Source of the DNA: a virus
Lineage: Duplodnaviria; Heunggongvirae; Uroviricota; Caudoviricetes
Virus record (IMG/VR): IMGVR_UViG_2671180890_000001
Reading direction: 5' to 3' (one strand)
DNA length: 62,572 bases
In this document: piece after piece, positions 19,492 to 34,402 of the stretch
How positions within the stretch are numbered: the first letter of the stretch is position 1
Layout of the letters: every line of letters starts with the position of its first letter
Notes under the pieces: model-generated
The model's input: only the letters and a program-made list of their open reading frames with translations
What the model was told of the DNA's origin: nothing
The model's database searches: none
Translations under genes and position numbers: made by a program

Positions 19492-22049
19492 CGTCCACCT
19501 CCGGAGAACAGACCACCATCGCGCATCTGTGCCTGGATTTCATCACGGGCACCCTTGCGGGCCATGTCATACACCGCCTTCATCATCTGTGGACCTGGCA
19601 GACCATTCGTACCGTCGTTCTGAATCACCACGTTGTTGTTCTGCTCAAACCTGATACCCTCTGAACGCCGCATTTGCGCCGGACTTCCGGTGCCACCGAC
19701 ATAACCGCCGGTGGCATAGCCGCGCATCAGCCGGTAGAGATTTCCCACGCCAATCCGGCTGGTTGCCTCCTTCGTGAAGACAAATTCACCACGGTGAACA
19801 ATCCCCGCTGGCTCATATTTGCCGCCGGTTCCCGTAAATCCTCCGGTCGCAAAATGGAATTTCGCCGCAGCAGCCTGAATGGCTGTACCGCCTGACGCTG
19901 ATGCGCCACCACCGGCAGCACCGCCAATGGCGCTGCCGATACTCCCGACAATTCCCACCATTGCCTGCTTAAGCAGAATTTCTGTCATCATGGACAGCAC
20001 GGAACGGGTGAAGCTGCGCCAGTTCTGTTCACTGCCGGTCAGCATCGCCGCCATATTTTGCGCAATACCATCAAAGGTCTGCGTGGCAGCACTTTTAACC
20101 TGCGACATACTGTCCGTGGCGCTCTCTTCCCACTCACTCCAGCCTGACTTGAGGCCTGCCATCCAGCTCCCGCGAAGCTGGTCTTCAGCTGCCCAGGTCT
20201 TTTTCTGCTCTGACATGACGTTATTCAGCGCCAGCGGATTATCGCCATACTGCTCCTTCAGACGCTGTTCCGTGGCTTCCCGCGCTGCCTGCCGGTCAGT
20301 CAGCCCCCGGCTTTTCGCATCAATGGCGGCCCGTTTTGCCCGTTGCTGCTGTGCAAATTTATCCGCCTGCTGCGCCAGCGCGTTCAGGTGCTCCTGATAC
20401 GTAACCTTGTCGCCAAGTGCAGCCAGCTGGCGTTTGTACTCCAGCGTCTCATCTTTATGCGCCAGCAGGGATTTCTCCTGTGCAGACAGCTGGCGACGTT
20501 GTGCGGCCTCCTCCAGTACCGCGAACTGACTTTCTGCCTTCCACAAATCCCGGCGCTGCTGGCTGATTTTCTCATTCGCTCCGGCATGCTTCTCCAGCGT
20601 CCGGAGTTCTGCCTGAAGCGTCAGAAGGGCAGCATGAGCACTGTCTTCCTGACGATCGCCCGCAGACACCTTCACGCCGGACTGTTTCGGCTTTTTCAGC
20701 GTCGCTTCATAATCCTTTTTCGCCGCCGCCATCAGCGTGTTGTAATCTGCCTGCAGGATTTTCCCGTCCTTCAGTGCCTTGTTCAGTTCTTCCTGACGGG
20801 CGGTATATTTCTCCAGCGGCGTCTGCAGGCGTTCGTAAGCCTTCTGCGCCTCTTCGGTATATTTCAGCCGTGACGCTTCGGTATCGCTCTGCTGCTGCGC
20901 ATTTTTGTCCTGTTGAGTCTGCTGCTCAGCCTTCTTTCGGGCGGCTTCAAGCGCAAGACGGGCCTTTTCACGATCATCCCAGTAACGCGCCCGCGCTTCA
21001 TCGTTAACAAAATAATCATCCTTGCGCAGATTCCAGATGTCGTCTGCTTTCTTAAACGCAGCCTCTGCCTTAATCAGCATCTCCTGCGCGGTATCAGGAC
21101 GACCAATATCCAGCACCGCATCCCACATGGATTTGAATGCCCGCGCTGTCCTCTCTGCCCAGGTCTCCAGCGTGCCCATGTTCTCTTTCAGGCGGCGGGT
21201 CTGGTCATCAAACCCTTTCGTTGCGGCCTCGTTCGCCGCCTGCAATGCTCCGGCTTCATCGCCGGAACGCTGCAACTGAGCAACATACGCAATCTGCTCC
21301 GCCGTCACGTTATGGAACTGGCGTGCCATCGCCGTCAGCCCCGACGTCGGGTCTGTGGTCAGCTTCCCGAAGGCTTCAGCGACCTTGTCCACCTCCACGC
21401 CGGATACAGAGGAGAAACGCGCCACACTCTGGCTGATGGACGCAATCTGAGCCTCACCGCTTACCCCCGCCTTGACCAGTGCGCTGAGTGACTCGCTGGT
21501 CTGGTTAAACGTCAGCCCTGCCGCCTGCCCGGCTCTGGACAGGACCAGCATACGATCTGCCGTCAGTCCCGCCTGATTGCCGGAAAGGACCAGCGTTTTG
21601 TTGAAATCGGACAGGGTTGAGTTGCCCTGATACCAGGCATACGCCAGCGCACCGGTCGCCACCGCCAGCGAGGTGGCCCCCACCATCGGCAGGGTGATCG
21701 CACCGGCAAGCCCCCGGAACATGGGGATCATCCCGCCGAAGGAGTCCTTAACCTGACCCCCCTGTTGCAGCAGGATCAGCCACGGACTTTGCCCGCCTGC
21801 AAGCTGCGTGGCCACGTCGGTGAACTGTGCAGGCAGCATACGCATGGCGGCTTTATACTGCCCGACGGAAATCCCCGCTTTCTGTGCAGCCAGCGCCTGT
21901 CGGCTCAGCGACTGTTCAACGACTGCCGCTGTTTTTTTCGCATCACTTTCCGTACCGGAAAAATGACGCCTGACTCTGGCCATCTGCTCGTCAAATCTGG
22001 CCGCATCCAGACTCAAATCAACGACCAGATCGCCTACCGGTTCAGCCAT
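19488..22049 (-). CDS. H: Tail tape measure protein H
   Basis: 853 aa, same length as lambda H. Confidence 0.95.
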   Translation of the reverse strand: MAEPVGDLVVDLSLDAARFDEQMARVRRHFSGTESDAKKTAAVVEQSLSRQALAAQKAGISVGQYKAAMRMLPAQFTDVATQLAGGQSPWLILLQQGGQVKDSFGGMIPMFRGLAGAITLPMVGATSLAVATGALAYAWYQGNSTLSDFNKTLVLSGNQAGLTADRMLVLSRAGQAAGLTFNQTSESLSALVKAGVSGEAQIASISQSVARFSSVSGVEVDKVAEAFGKLTTDPTSGLTAMARQFHNVTAEQIAYVAQLQRSGDEAGALQAANEAATKGFDDQTRRLKENMGTLETWAERTARAFKSMWDAVLDIGRPDTAQEMLIKAEAAFKKADDIWNLRKDDYFVNDEARARYWDDREKARLALEAARKKAEQQTQQDKNAQQQSDTEASRLKYTEEAQKAYERLQTPLEKYTARQEELNKALKDGKILQADYNTLMAAAKKDYEATLKKPKQSGVKVSAGDRQEDSAHAALLTLQAELRTLEKHAGANEKISQQRRDLWKAESQFAVLEEAAQRRQLSAQEKSLLAHKDETLEYKRQLAALGDKVTYQEHLNALAQQADKFAQQQRAKRAAIDAKSRGLTDRQAAREATEQRLKEQYGDNPLALNNVMSEQKKTWAAEDQLRGSWMAGLKSGWSEWEESATDSMSQVKSAATQTFDGIAQNMAAMLTGSEQNWRSFTRSVLSMMTEILLKQAMVGIVGSIGSAIGGAAGGGASASGGTAIQAAAAKFHFATGGFTGTGGKYEPAGIVHRGEFVFTKEATSRIGVGNLYRLMRGYATGGYVGGTGSPAQMRRSEGIRFEQNNNVVIQNDGTNGLPGPQMMKAVYDMARKGARDEIQAQMRDGGLFSGGGR

Positions 22050-22476
22050 ACCGGACTCCTCCTGCGATCCCTTCTGATACTGTCATCAGCATTACGTCAT
22101 CCTCCGTCATGTCCGCCACATCCGGGGAAGCGGGGATAACTTCATTCCCGTCCGGGACAAAACGAACGCCTCCGGCAAGCCCTGCCGCTTTCTGCATCAG
22201 CACATCATCTTCAGGCTCTTCGTCAGCCTCGCGCCGGTTCAGCAGACTGAAATCCAGCGGATGCATATCCGGATCGCTGAAAAACAGGCTGAGTACGGTG
22301 TACGTCAGCCCGGAAAAGTGCATATCCAGCAGAACATCATGAAAATAATGGGTACTGTAAAAGCGGTGCCAGTCGGCGTACTCCGTGGATGACATCCCGG
22401 CAAGCATGGCGCGCCAGTCGGGTCGCCCCATCTCTCGCGCCAGTTTCAGGGCAAAACTCAGCTCACCGTCGAACAC
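22042..22476 (-). CDS. T: Tail assembly chaperone T segment, expressed as G-T fusion by programmed -1 frameshift
   Basis: Begins at slippery site G GGA AAG at the 3' end of G; lambda T-like. Confidence 0.8.
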   Translation of the reverse strand: MFDGELSFALKLAREMGRPDWRAMLAGMSSTEYADWHRFYSTHYFHDVLLDMHFSGLTYTVLSLFFSDPDMHPLDFSLLNRREADEEPEDDVLMQKAAGLAGGVRFVPDGNEVIPASPDVADMTEDDVMLMTVSEGIAGGVRYG

Positions 22477-22880
22477 TTTCCCGCAGAAACAGGCTCTGCA
22501 GGCCCGGCGTCCTCTGTCTGTTCAGGAGCATCATTCACCACAAACTCATACATACCGGACAGCCGGTACACCACGTTTTCAGCATGAGAAATTGCCTCCG
22601 CGGGCCAGGTGGTAAGCACTTCCTGCTCAATCTGTTTAACGGCTTCATTCATGGACGGCATCTGCGTCTTCTTCGGATGGTTATGCCACAGGGACATCGC
22701 CACCACAAAAGCACCGGTTCTGATAAGGTCTGCCAAAGCAACCTGTTGGTTGCTGTCGGAGTCCGCCTGTTCTGCCTGTCGTTTCATCAGGGCGAGATGC
22801 TCAATACGCTGCAGGGCTGACAGTTCAGAAAGCGTGACGGTCACGCCGTTATGTTCAAATGATTCGGTTTTCAGGAACAT
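22458..22880 (-). CDS. G: Tail assembly chaperone G
   Basis: 140 aa, lambda G-like. Confidence 0.9.
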   Translation of the reverse strand: MFLKTESFEHNGVTVTLSELSALQRIEHLALMKRQAEQADSDSNQQVALADLIRTGAFVVAMSLWHNHPKKTQMPSMNEAVKQIEQEVLTTWPAEAISHAENVVYRLSGMYEFVVNDAPEQTEDAGPAEPVSAGKCSTVS

Positions 22881-22895
22881 CGCTGACTCTCCGGA

Positions 22896-23636
22896 TTAAC
22901 TGGCGGTGACGTTGATTTCTGCAACCGCAGCAAACTCACCATTACCGGATACGACCGGAATGTTGACCTTGCCTGCAGCAACGCCGTTCACGGTGATGGT
23001 CATACCACTGACCGACACGGTGGCTTTTGTTTTATCCGCAGACACCGCACGAAAGCTCTTGTCGGTTACGCCCTCCGGCTGGAAGGCCACGGTCAGCGTG
23101 GTGCTCTGCCCTTTCACCACCGAGGTGCTGGCAGGCGTCACGGTCATGCCGGTTGCCGCTGTTACCGTGCTGCGATCTTCTGCCATCGACGGACGTCCCA
23201 CATTGGTGACTTTCACCGTGCGGGTGATCACTTCCTTCGCCGTCACCGCCTTACCGATACTGCTGACCCAGCCACGGAACACATCGACCGTGCCGTTCGG
23301 GAAGCGGATTTTATAGGCACGGGTATCGCCTTCATTAAACCACGCCAGCAGCGCCTGCTGCCCCTGCTCTCCGGGCATCCACGCCAGCGTGAAGCTGGTA
23401 TCTCCGGCAGATTTCTGCCCCTGCCCGGTCGCAGTCCAGTCTGCATCTTCATCATCGAGATAGCTGTCGTCATAGGACTCAGCGGTCAGTTCGCCGGGCG
23501 TCAGGTCTTTAACTTTTGCCAGACGCGACCAGTCAACGTCTGAAAGCGGATTCGCATAAGGGTCACCGCTCCCCTTATAAACCCACAGGGTGGTCCCGGC
23601 ACCTTTCACCGGCATTGTAGGATTTGGTACAGGCAT
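22896..23636 (-). CDS. V: Major tail tube protein V
   Basis: Lambda V-like from [14 protein letters not shown]; ORF extends 10 codons upstream. Confidence 0.9.
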   Translation of the reverse strand: MPVPNPTMPVKGAGTTLWVYKGSGDPYANPLSDVDWSRLAKVKDLTPGELTAESYDDSYLDDEDADWTATGQGQKSAGDTSFTLAWMPGEQGQQALLAWFNEGDTRAYKIRFPNGTVDVFRGWVSSIGKAVTAKEVITRTVKVTNVGRPSMAEDRSTVTAATGMTVTPASTSVVKGQSTTLTVAFQPEGVTDKSFRAVSADKTKATVSVSGMTITVNGVAAGKVNIPVVSGNGEFAAVAEINVTAS

Positions 23637-23643
23637 AGCGTCC

Positions 23644-24039
23644 TCACATTTCATAGGTAATGACATAAGTCAGATCGGCTGAACTCCACAGGCCCGCATC
23701 ATCGTCGCGCCGGTAGTCATAGCCGCTGGCCACCATACTGGTGATCAAATCTGACAGTGCCGGGATATCGCTCATCACCGGATAAATCCGGGACTCCATC
23801 CACGCATCCAGCTCTGAATCCGGCACCTGAGCAGGCAGGAAAACTTCGATATGCAGCTCCGCCTGCCAGGTATCGCTGTCCAGCTCTTCGCCCGTGTATT
23901 CAGCGCCGGTGAGATAAACGGCAACTGCCGGAAAATCCGCCTCATCAAAAACAGCGGGGCGACCATCAAAAAGCGTCGCCCCGGTGTCATGCTTCTCCAG
24001 TGCATCCAGTACGGCTGCACGGAGTTCAGTATGTTTCAT
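23644..24039 (-). CDS. U: Tail terminator protein U
   Basis: 131 aa, lambda U-like. Confidence 0.9.
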   Translation of the reverse strand: MKHTELRAAVLDALEKHDTGATLFDGRPAVFDEADFPAVAVYLTGAEYTGEELDSDTWQAELHIEVFLPAQVPDSELDAWMESRIYPVMSDIPALSDLITSMVASGYDYRRDDDAGLWSSADLTYVITYEM

Positions 24040-24613
24040 CGCTTTATTACCATTCTCAGTTGATGCTGCAGCGCATAGCCCAGCTCTTTCGGAAGACGTT
24101 CACGCCGTATCCGCTCAATATTCTGTTTAAACGCCGTGGTCAGCGGCACCGCCATCGGGATTTTCACCACATCAATGGGGTAACGGTTTTTCCCGGCCAC
24201 ACGCTGCATGACATGCCACCGGCCATTTTTCAGTTGCTGAATAAACGCGCCGGGAATACGACGGTTTCCCACCACAAGCACGCTACCGCCACCTTTCAGG
24301 GATGAACGCTGCCCCTTTTTACGACGCCTGCGGCGGGACAGGACAACCCGCGCATTCCCCAGCTTGATTACGGGCAAATCCCCCGGTTAACCTTGATTCT
24401 GGCCTGCGGATTTTTGACCGTGGCCCTTTTCAGCCTGGCCCTTTCCTTTACCAGTTTCCGGCGTACCTTTGTCTCACGGGCAACCTGTGCCGCCGACTGC
24501 GATATCGCGGATGAAGCAACGCGGTTAATGGCCATTGCGGCGGCACCGGGCACCGCCGTTCTGCTGATACGGCTGAGGTTTTCAACGGCCTGCTCAAGAC
24601 CTTTTATGGCCAT
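24036..24613 (-). pseudogene. Z: Tail completion protein Z split by a 1-nt frameshift in a G-run near 24375 (probable consensus error)
   Basis: ORFs 24368..24613 and 24036..24377 together match lambda Z (192 aa) in two frames. Confidence 0.75.
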
Positions 24614-24624
24614 ACATCCCCCTT

Positions 24625-24978
24625 TCAGCGGCGACGGTTAACGGCAGGCGGTACGCCCCGCCCAAGCCAGAGATGACAGCTTCCGCCATCATCCGGCGAA
24701 ATCCGGTCTATCCAGAAGTTTTCCTCACCGATGGTCAGCGTGTCGCCGCGCCGCAGCTGCCGCACATCATCAGTCCGGACAAACAGGAACGGGCTGGAGC
24801 CTTCAACGCGCACGCCCTGTCCGGCATAGCTGATATTTTCAGGATCATCAAAAACACCACGTATCACAGCACCGGACTGCTCACCGGATGTCATGGTGGC
24901 TGACGTTCCCATGTACCCGCGTATCGTTTCATCGGCGCGGGCAATGGCAGCATCGAACAGGTTATCGAAATCAGCCAC
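24625..24978 (-). CDS. FII: Head-tail joining protein FII
   Basis: 117 aa, lambda FII-like. Confidence 0.9.
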   Translation of the reverse strand: MADFDNLFDAAIARADETIRGYMGTSATMTSGEQSGAVIRGVFDDPENISYAGQGVRVEGSSPFLFVRTDDVRQLRRGDTLTIGEENFWIDRISPDDGGSCHLWLGRGVPPAVNRRR

Positions 24979-24989
24979 AGCGCCTCCCG

Positions 24990-25385
24990 TTATTGCATTC
25001 TGGCCAGGCCGCGCTCTGTCATTTCAGCTGCCACACCGGCAGAGACACGGAACGCCGTTCCCGGCAGCACAAATGCCACAGGCTCATCCCGCGTGGCGTG
25101 AAGTGCATCAGTATGCAGCGTCACCAGTGCCACAACCGTGACCAGATCAGCCGTATCAGTCACGGTATCCGGCTGCGCTGATACAACCTCATTTTCATGT
25201 CCGGTCAGCGCATTTTCCGGGCTGACAGATGTGTCCTGACCAGCAGCGTCATCCGTGTCATCAAGCTCCTCTTCCAGCTCTGCCACACGGAGTGCCAGTT
25301 CTTCTTTCGTCCCCGTCAGGCTGACATCACGGTTCAGTTGCTCACCCAGCACCTGAAGACGGGCAATCAGTTCATCTTTCGTCAT
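24990..25385 (-). CDS. FI: DNA packaging protein FI
   Basis: Lambda FI-like from MTKDELIARL. Confidence 0.85.
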   Translation of the reverse strand: MTKDELIARLQVLGEQLNRDVSLTGTKEELALRVAELEEELDDTDDAAGQDTSVSPENALTGHENEVVSAQPDTVTDTADLVTVVALVTLHTDALHATRDEPVAFVLPGTAFRVSAGVAAEMTERGLARMQ

Positions 25386-25426
25386 GGACTCCTCCACAGA
25401 GAGAAAATGGCCCCGAAGGGCCATGA

Positions 25427-26452
25427 TTACGCCAGTTGTACGGACACGAACGCATCAGGGTCAGCCAGCAGCATCAGCGGTGCTGACTGAATCATGGTGA
25501 ACTCACGCGCCGGATCGCCGGTGGTCACCCAGTTTTTCGGGTAGCGGGCAGAGGCGTTAATACCTTCGCGCTGTGCGTCCGCATCCTGAATGCAGCCATA
25601 GGTGCGCAGACCGCGTGCCTGAGTGTTCCCCAGCACCATCGTGTTGTCCGGCAGGAAGTTCTTTTTGACGTCGTTTTCCACGTACTGTCCGGAATACACG
25701 ACGATCGCCGTATCGCCATACATCCCCTTATAGGACACCGCTTCGCCCAGGTCTTTTACCGCTGTCTCCAGCTCGGAATTAGAGCCGCGACGGGTATCCA
25801 GCTTCTCCTTGACGGCTTTGAAGGAACGGAACAGCGCCCAGCCTTTCGGATCAAACACGATGATATTCACCACACCGCTGGCGTTCAGCGCGTAGGCTTC
25901 GATATCGTCGGTCGGGTCATACGTGGACTTGTCACGCTTGCTCCACTCCGTACCGCCGGACTGCGTGATGTTGTTCGCCACACTGCGGCCCATATCCACT
26001 TCAACCGGATCGAAGGCTTCACCGGTCATGGTATATTTGCCCTTAAGCACGGCAGAAACGGCCTGCATCTCTTCGACCTGAGCAATGGCCAGCTCTTCGT
26101 CTCGCATGTTCTGCAGAATGATGCGACGGCGGCGGTAAGCCGGGTCCGCCAGATTCTGTGGATCTTCATCCGGCAGGCGACGCAGGGTCATCTGCGGATT
26201 CACCTCATGCTTCGGCTTGACATATCCCGGTGTAAATTCAGAGGTGGAGCCGCCACGGGAGCGGATAACCTCACCGGAAACAATCGGCGAAACGTACAGC
26301 GCCATGTTTACCAGTCCCGGAATTTGTGAGAGATAGACTTTCTCCGTGGTGAAGGGATAGCTCTCACGGAAAAAGAGACGCAGAAACAGCGGATCAAACT
26401 TAAATTTCTTCTCATTTGCCGCCAGCAGCTGGGCGGTTGTGTACATCGACAT
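25427..26452 (-). CDS. E: Major capsid protein E
   Basis: Lambda E-like from MSMYTTAQLLAANE. Confidence 0.95.
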   Translation of the reverse strand: MSMYTTAQLLAANEKKFKFDPLFLRLFFRESYPFTTEKVYLSQIPGLVNMALYVSPIVSGEVIRSRGGSTSEFTPGYVKPKHEVNPQMTLRRLPDEDPQNLADPAYRRRRIILQNMRDEELAIAQVEEMQAVSAVLKGKYTMTGEAFDPVEVDMGRSVANNITQSGGTEWSKRDKSTYDPTDDIEAYALNASGVVNIIVFDPKGWALFRSFKAVKEKLDTRRGSNSELETAVKDLGEAVSYKGMYGDTAIVVYSGQYVENDVKKNFLPDNTMVLGNTQARGLRTYGCIQDADAQREGINASARYPKNWVTTGDPAREFTMIQSAPLMLLADPDAFVSVQLA

Positions 26453-26507
26453 AAAAAAATCCCGTAAAAAAAGCCGCACAGGCGGCCTTTAGTGATGAAG
26501 GGTAAGG

Positions 26508-26840
26508 TTAAACGATGCTGATTGCCGTTCCGGCAAACGCGGTCCGTTTTTTCGTCTCGTCGCTGGCAGCCTCCGGCCAGAGCACATCCTCATAACGGAA
26601 CGTGCCGGACTTGTAGAACGTCAGCGTGGTGCTGGTCTGGTCAGCAGCAACCGCCAGAATGCCAACGGCAGCACCGTCGGTGGTGCCATCCCACACAACC
26701 AGCTTACGGGTGGAGGTGTCCAGCATCAGCGGGGTCATTGCAGGCGCTTTCGCACTCAATCCGCCGGGCGCGGTTGCCGTATGTGCCGGGTCACTGTTGC
26801 CCAGCGGCTGGTAATGGGTAAAGGTTTCTTTGCTCGTCAT
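26508..26840 (-). CDS. D: Head decoration protein D
   Basis: Lambda D-like from [12 protein letters not shown]. Confidence 0.9.
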   Translation of the reverse strand: MTSKETFTHYQPLGNSDPAHTATAPGGLSAKAPAMTPLMLDTSTRKLVVWDGTTDGAAVGILAVAADQTSTTLTFYKSGTFRYEDVLWPEAASDETKKRTAFAGTAISIV

Positions 26841-26849
26841 AAACATCCC

Positions 26850-28149
26850 TTACACTGGTGTGTTCAGCAAATCGTTAACGGCATCAGATGCCGGGTTACC
26901 TGCAGCCAGCGGTGCCGGTGCCCCCTGCATCAGACGATCCAGCGCAGTGTCACTGCGCGCCTGTGCACTCTGTGGTGCTGCGGCCAGAATACGGCGGGCC
27001 GTTTCCACGGTCATACCGGGGGTTTCGGCCAGCACGCATGCCTGTTCTTCGCGTCCGTGAGCCTCCTCACAGTTGAGGATCCCCATAATGCGACTGTTTT
27101 CTGCCGCAACCGCTGCGGTGATCTGCGCGTTCACGTCCGGCTGCGCAGCGCTGGCGTTCTCGCCCTCCGTCGCTGGCACCACGCCAGTAACGTCAGCCTG
27201 CGAAGCAGTGGCTGAAACAGTTGTTGATTGAGTCTCTTTGGTCATTCGCCCTCCTGAGAGACGGGATTTACGTGCATCCAGTGCATCACGCATGACGGTG
27301 ATCGCATCGGTACTGTTCACAAGTTCATCAGCCAGTCCGGCATCAATGGCCTCCTGACCGCTGTACACTGCAGCCTCGGTATCCAGCACAGCCTGCACGG
27401 ACAGGCCGGTATATGCCGACACCTTCTGTGCAAACATCCGGCGGGTTGCATCCATCCGGGACTGCAGTGTTTCCCGGACATCATCCGGTAGATGGCTGTA
27501 GGGGTTGCCATCCACCTTATGGCTGCCGCTGTAAATCAGCGTGATTTCCACGCCCTGTTTCTCCAGCGCAGCGCCGTAATTACTGTGAGCCATCATGACG
27601 CCGATGGAGCCTGTCCGGGCGGTCTGCGTGACCAGACGCCGGGAGGCGGCGCTGGCAAGCAGCTGACCTGCACTGCAGTTCATGTCGTTGGCCAGCGCCC
27701 ATACCGGCTTTATGTCACGCACACGGGCGATGATGTCAGCACAGTCAAATGCTCCCGCCACCATCCCGCCCGGTGTGTCCATATCGAGCAGAATGCCGTC
27801 CACCATCGGATCGCTGGCAGCCTGTTGCAGACGAGCGATAATGCCGTTGTAACCGGTCATTCCCGAATACGGCTGCAGCGCCCGCGTCCGGCTGACCAGC
27901 GTACCGGACACCGGCAGCACGGCGATGCCGTTCATGACCTGATAACTGCGGGCCTGTCGTGGTCCGTCATCATCACCGGATAACGCCAGCGCCGCTGGTG
28001 CCTCTCCGGCAGTCAGGCTGTCGCCGGATACTGCATCCGTCAGGCGACTGATCCCAAGCTGGCCTGCAAGCGCACAAAAGAAAACCCGCGCATAGGCGGG
28101 TTCAAGCATCAGCGGCTCATTAAAAGCCATGCTGGCAATATGCGGGAGA

Positions 28150-28169
<20 letters not shown>
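26850..28169 (-). CDS. C: Head protease / scaffold C, with in-frame Nu3
   Basis: Lambda C-like from (V)TAELRNLPHIASMAF; ORF track extends upstream into B. Confidence 0.9.
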
Positions 28170-31850
<3,681 letters not shown>

Positions 31851-31876
<26 letters not shown>

Positions 31877-32396
31877 TCAGCAACCCCGGTATCAGTTCAT
31901 CCAGCGCGGCTGCTTTGTTCATGGCTTTGATGATATCCCGTTTCAGGAAATCAATATGCCGGTTATCCAGCTCAGGAAAACGTCGCTGCACCGACAGAGG
32001 AATACCGTCGAGAATACTGGATATTTCCCTTGCTATACGCGACAGCACGAAAGTACAGAATGCGGTTTCCACCACTTCAGCCGATTCTTTGGCATTTTTC
32101 AGTTCCTGCGCCGTCGCCTGAGCACGGGTCAGGCGATGGCGCTCAAATTCAAGTGTTCCGGGGTGAAGATCTGCCTCGCTGGCCAGCCGCAGTTCTTCAA
32201 CCTCCCGGCGCAGCTTTTCGTTCTCAATTTCAGCATCCCTTTCGGCATACCATTTTATGACGGCGGCAGAATCATAAAGCACCTCATTACCCTTGCCACC
32301 GCCTCGCAGAACGGGCATTCCCTGCTCCTGCCAGTTCTGAATGGTACGGATACTCGCACCGAAAATATCAGCCAGCTGCTTTTTGTTGACTTCCAT
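31851..32396 (-). CDS. nu1: Terminase small subunit Nu1
   Basis: 181 aa, lambda Nu1-like with winged HTH. Confidence 0.95.
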
Positions 32397-32479
32397 TGTT
32401 CATTCCACGGACAAAAACAGAGAAAGGAAACGACAGAGGCCAAAAAGCCCGTTTTCAGCATCTGTCGTTTCCTTTCTTT

Positions 32480-32600
32480 TCAGGGGGTGTTTTAAATAAA
32501 AACATTAAGTTACGGCGAAGAAGAACGGAAACGCCTTAAACCGGAAAATTTTCATAAATAGCGAAAACCCGCGCGCCTTCCGCCCCGTAACAGGCCGGAT
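32480..32600 (-). promoter_or_regulatory. cos packaging site (cosB-like R and I1 elements, cosN region)
   Basis: Reverse complement closely matches lambda cosB (AAACGAAAACCCGC ... CATAAATAGCGAAAAC ... TTAAATAAAAACATTAAG); cohesive-end core differs from lambda. Confidence 0.7.
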
Positions 32601-32685
32601 CGCCGGAAAGGACCCGCAAAGATGAGAATAATTATTACTTGCATTAATATCCGGCTTCTTCCACCATCGCACCGGACGGGCGACT

Positions 32686-32830
32686 ATGAGGGACAAAACC
32701 GCGCACCATAAACGCGGTAAAAACCCGGTGTGCATCGTTTTTGATTATTCCCGCACACTCGCGCAGAAGGAGTTCCCCGTCGGGCTACGGTCATGGTTAA
32801 TGCGGGAATACAGCGACGATACAGCGCATG
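32686..32830. repeat. Direct repeat copy 1 (about 145 bp, ~90 percent identical to 34472..34620), flanking the AT-rich moron
   Basis: Shared core GCGGTAAAAACCCGGTGTGCATCGTTTTTGATTATT...GAGTTCCCCGTCGGGCTACGGTCATGGTTAATGCGG. Confidence 0.7.
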
Positions 32831-32943
32831 ATGTGTCAGGCTTGAATACATTTATCCGTTAAAAGGGATATCAGTTAAGTTATCCCGTGTAGGGTATAAG
32901 CCATTATCAAAGCCACTCAGTAGCGAATGGCTTTTGTAATGGA

Positions 32944-33393
32944 CTATTTAATTAGTGATGCTGCGTATTCGATTAGATATAACTTAGGTGCCAACCAGAT
33001 TTTTAACCATGTCATATTGGTTACTACAGCAATAATAAAACTTACCCACAGAACAAAAACTGCTGCTAATGGTAAGATAAGAAAACTAATCTCACCGTTA
33101 CTTTCCCAAATCATAGTCGGTTTGTATTTAGGCTTCCCTTTTTCCCATGACCATCCGTCATTATCGAACTTACCAATTTCAACTTTTTGGTACTGTTTCT
33201 TCATAAACCAAATAACCAGCGGAATTGTTGAAATTGCTATTAATGTTTTAATCAGGCTATCAACCATATTCCATACCAGCAACTGATGAACAACATCCGG
33301 AATCTGTGCCTGACTGAATGCAATGGCGGAATCAATTCCATCGCTGGCCTTCTTCAATAAATCAACAAGAATTTTATTTGCTTCTTCTTGCAT
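32944..33393 (-). CDS. Moron gene: small membrane protein, function unknown
   Basis: 149 aa, two or three hydrophobic segments, AT-rich coding sequence. Confidence 0.5.
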   Translation of the reverse strand: MQEEANKILVDLLKKASDGIDSAIAFSQAQIPDVVHQLLVWNMVDSLIKTLIAISTIPLVIWFMKKQYQKVEIGKFDNDGWSWEKGKPKYKPTMIWESNGEISFLILPLAAVFVLWVSFIIAVVTNMTWLKIWLAPKLYLIEYAASLIK

Positions 33394-33517
33394 GTTTATA
33401 TCCTGTAAGTTGTAAGCCTGTTCGAAAAAAAATAAACAACTACGAGAGACAGAAAAAATATCTCAGGCTCTCTTTCTATAAGCTTTTAGTTGAGGATGTT
33501 CTGCAAAACAAAACTGG

Positions 33518-34378
33518 TTAGTTATGTAACTGCTTCCGGAATACAACAGCCGACGTGCTACAACGTAAAATTCGCTTGATTGTGGCAGTTGAGGAAACAG
33601 ACTTGCATTTCTCAACATCATCAATAATGACCACATCCGGTACAGGAATGACGCGGGTATGCAATGTTTTTGCACTAATAACATCACAGCCATTCAGTGG
33701 TCGAATATCTGCATCTTCAGGCACTACCAGAAGCACACGTTTTTCCGGTGCAGAAAAGCCAGCAGCAAGAGTGCGTGACAATAAAGTCATTCCGCTGCAT
33801 GGCTTCATACAAATTTCAGAAATATGATTCTTTTCGTCCAAATGATGCTGGACATCATTTTTATCATCACTCAACAACTCTGCTGTTAATACAATCCCTG
33901 CTGTCTCAGATTTCCAGGAAATGCTGATATCCTGATCATCTGCATCAACATCATATTCCATCGAGTAAGGACTAAAGCTACGTCCAACGAACGCATCATT
34001 TACCAGTACACGCCCACCCTGTCTGACCTGAAAGTCAACGCGCCCTGAAAGCTGATTTGCTGTTACAAGCAATGCCTTTTTTCTTTTTGTTTTATTGCTC
34101 ATTGCCACCAACTGTTCAGCCATCTCTCTTGTCACACTACCAGAAACTCTTTCTTGAATTTTCACAGAAAATTTTCTGGATGTAGTAGCATCGACATTAA
34201 AAAATCTGGATGTCATCAGGCAGTTATTAACAATTGGCATCAGCTCACTTACGATTGTAAAAAATTCCCGGTAAAGCTCATTTTGCTTTTCAACACACAG
34301 CTTTCCACAATCGTCCAGCTTACGCTCAAGAGCACTTAACCTTTCCATTATTGAATTAATTTTTTGCAACTCTTTCAT
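33518..34378 (-). CDS. Moron gene: 286 aa protein with N-terminal coiled-coil, function unknown
   Basis: ATG start at MKELQKIN; ORF-track N-terminal extension to 34639 is an artefact of reading through repeat copy 2 and a sopC-like palindrome. Confidence 0.5.
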   Translation of the reverse strand: MKELQKINSIMERLSALERKLDDCGKLCVEKQNELYREFFTIVSELMPIVNNCLMTSRFFNVDATTSRKFSVKIQERVSGSVTREMAEQLVAMSNKTKRKKALLVTANQLSGRVDFQVRQGGRVLVNDAFVGRSFSPYSMEYDVDADDQDISISWKSETAGIVLTAELLSDDKNDVQHHLDEKNHISEICMKPCSGMTLLSRTLAAGFSAPEKRVLLVVPEDADIRPLNGCDVISAKTLHTRVIPVPDVVIIDDVEKCKSVSSTATIKRILRCSTSAVVFRKQLHN

Positions 34379-34402
34379 CAAAACCTCCTGACAAAGATAC
34401 CG

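Noticed and set aside
19879-21491. Several 70-190 aa plus-strand ORFs
   Set aside because: All lie antisense within tape measure gene H and show biased composition.
32700-32830. Short ORF preceded by AAGGAG inside the direct repeat
   Set aside because: Spacing from AAGGAG to the ATG is about 20 nt and the peptide is not conserved between the two repeat copies.
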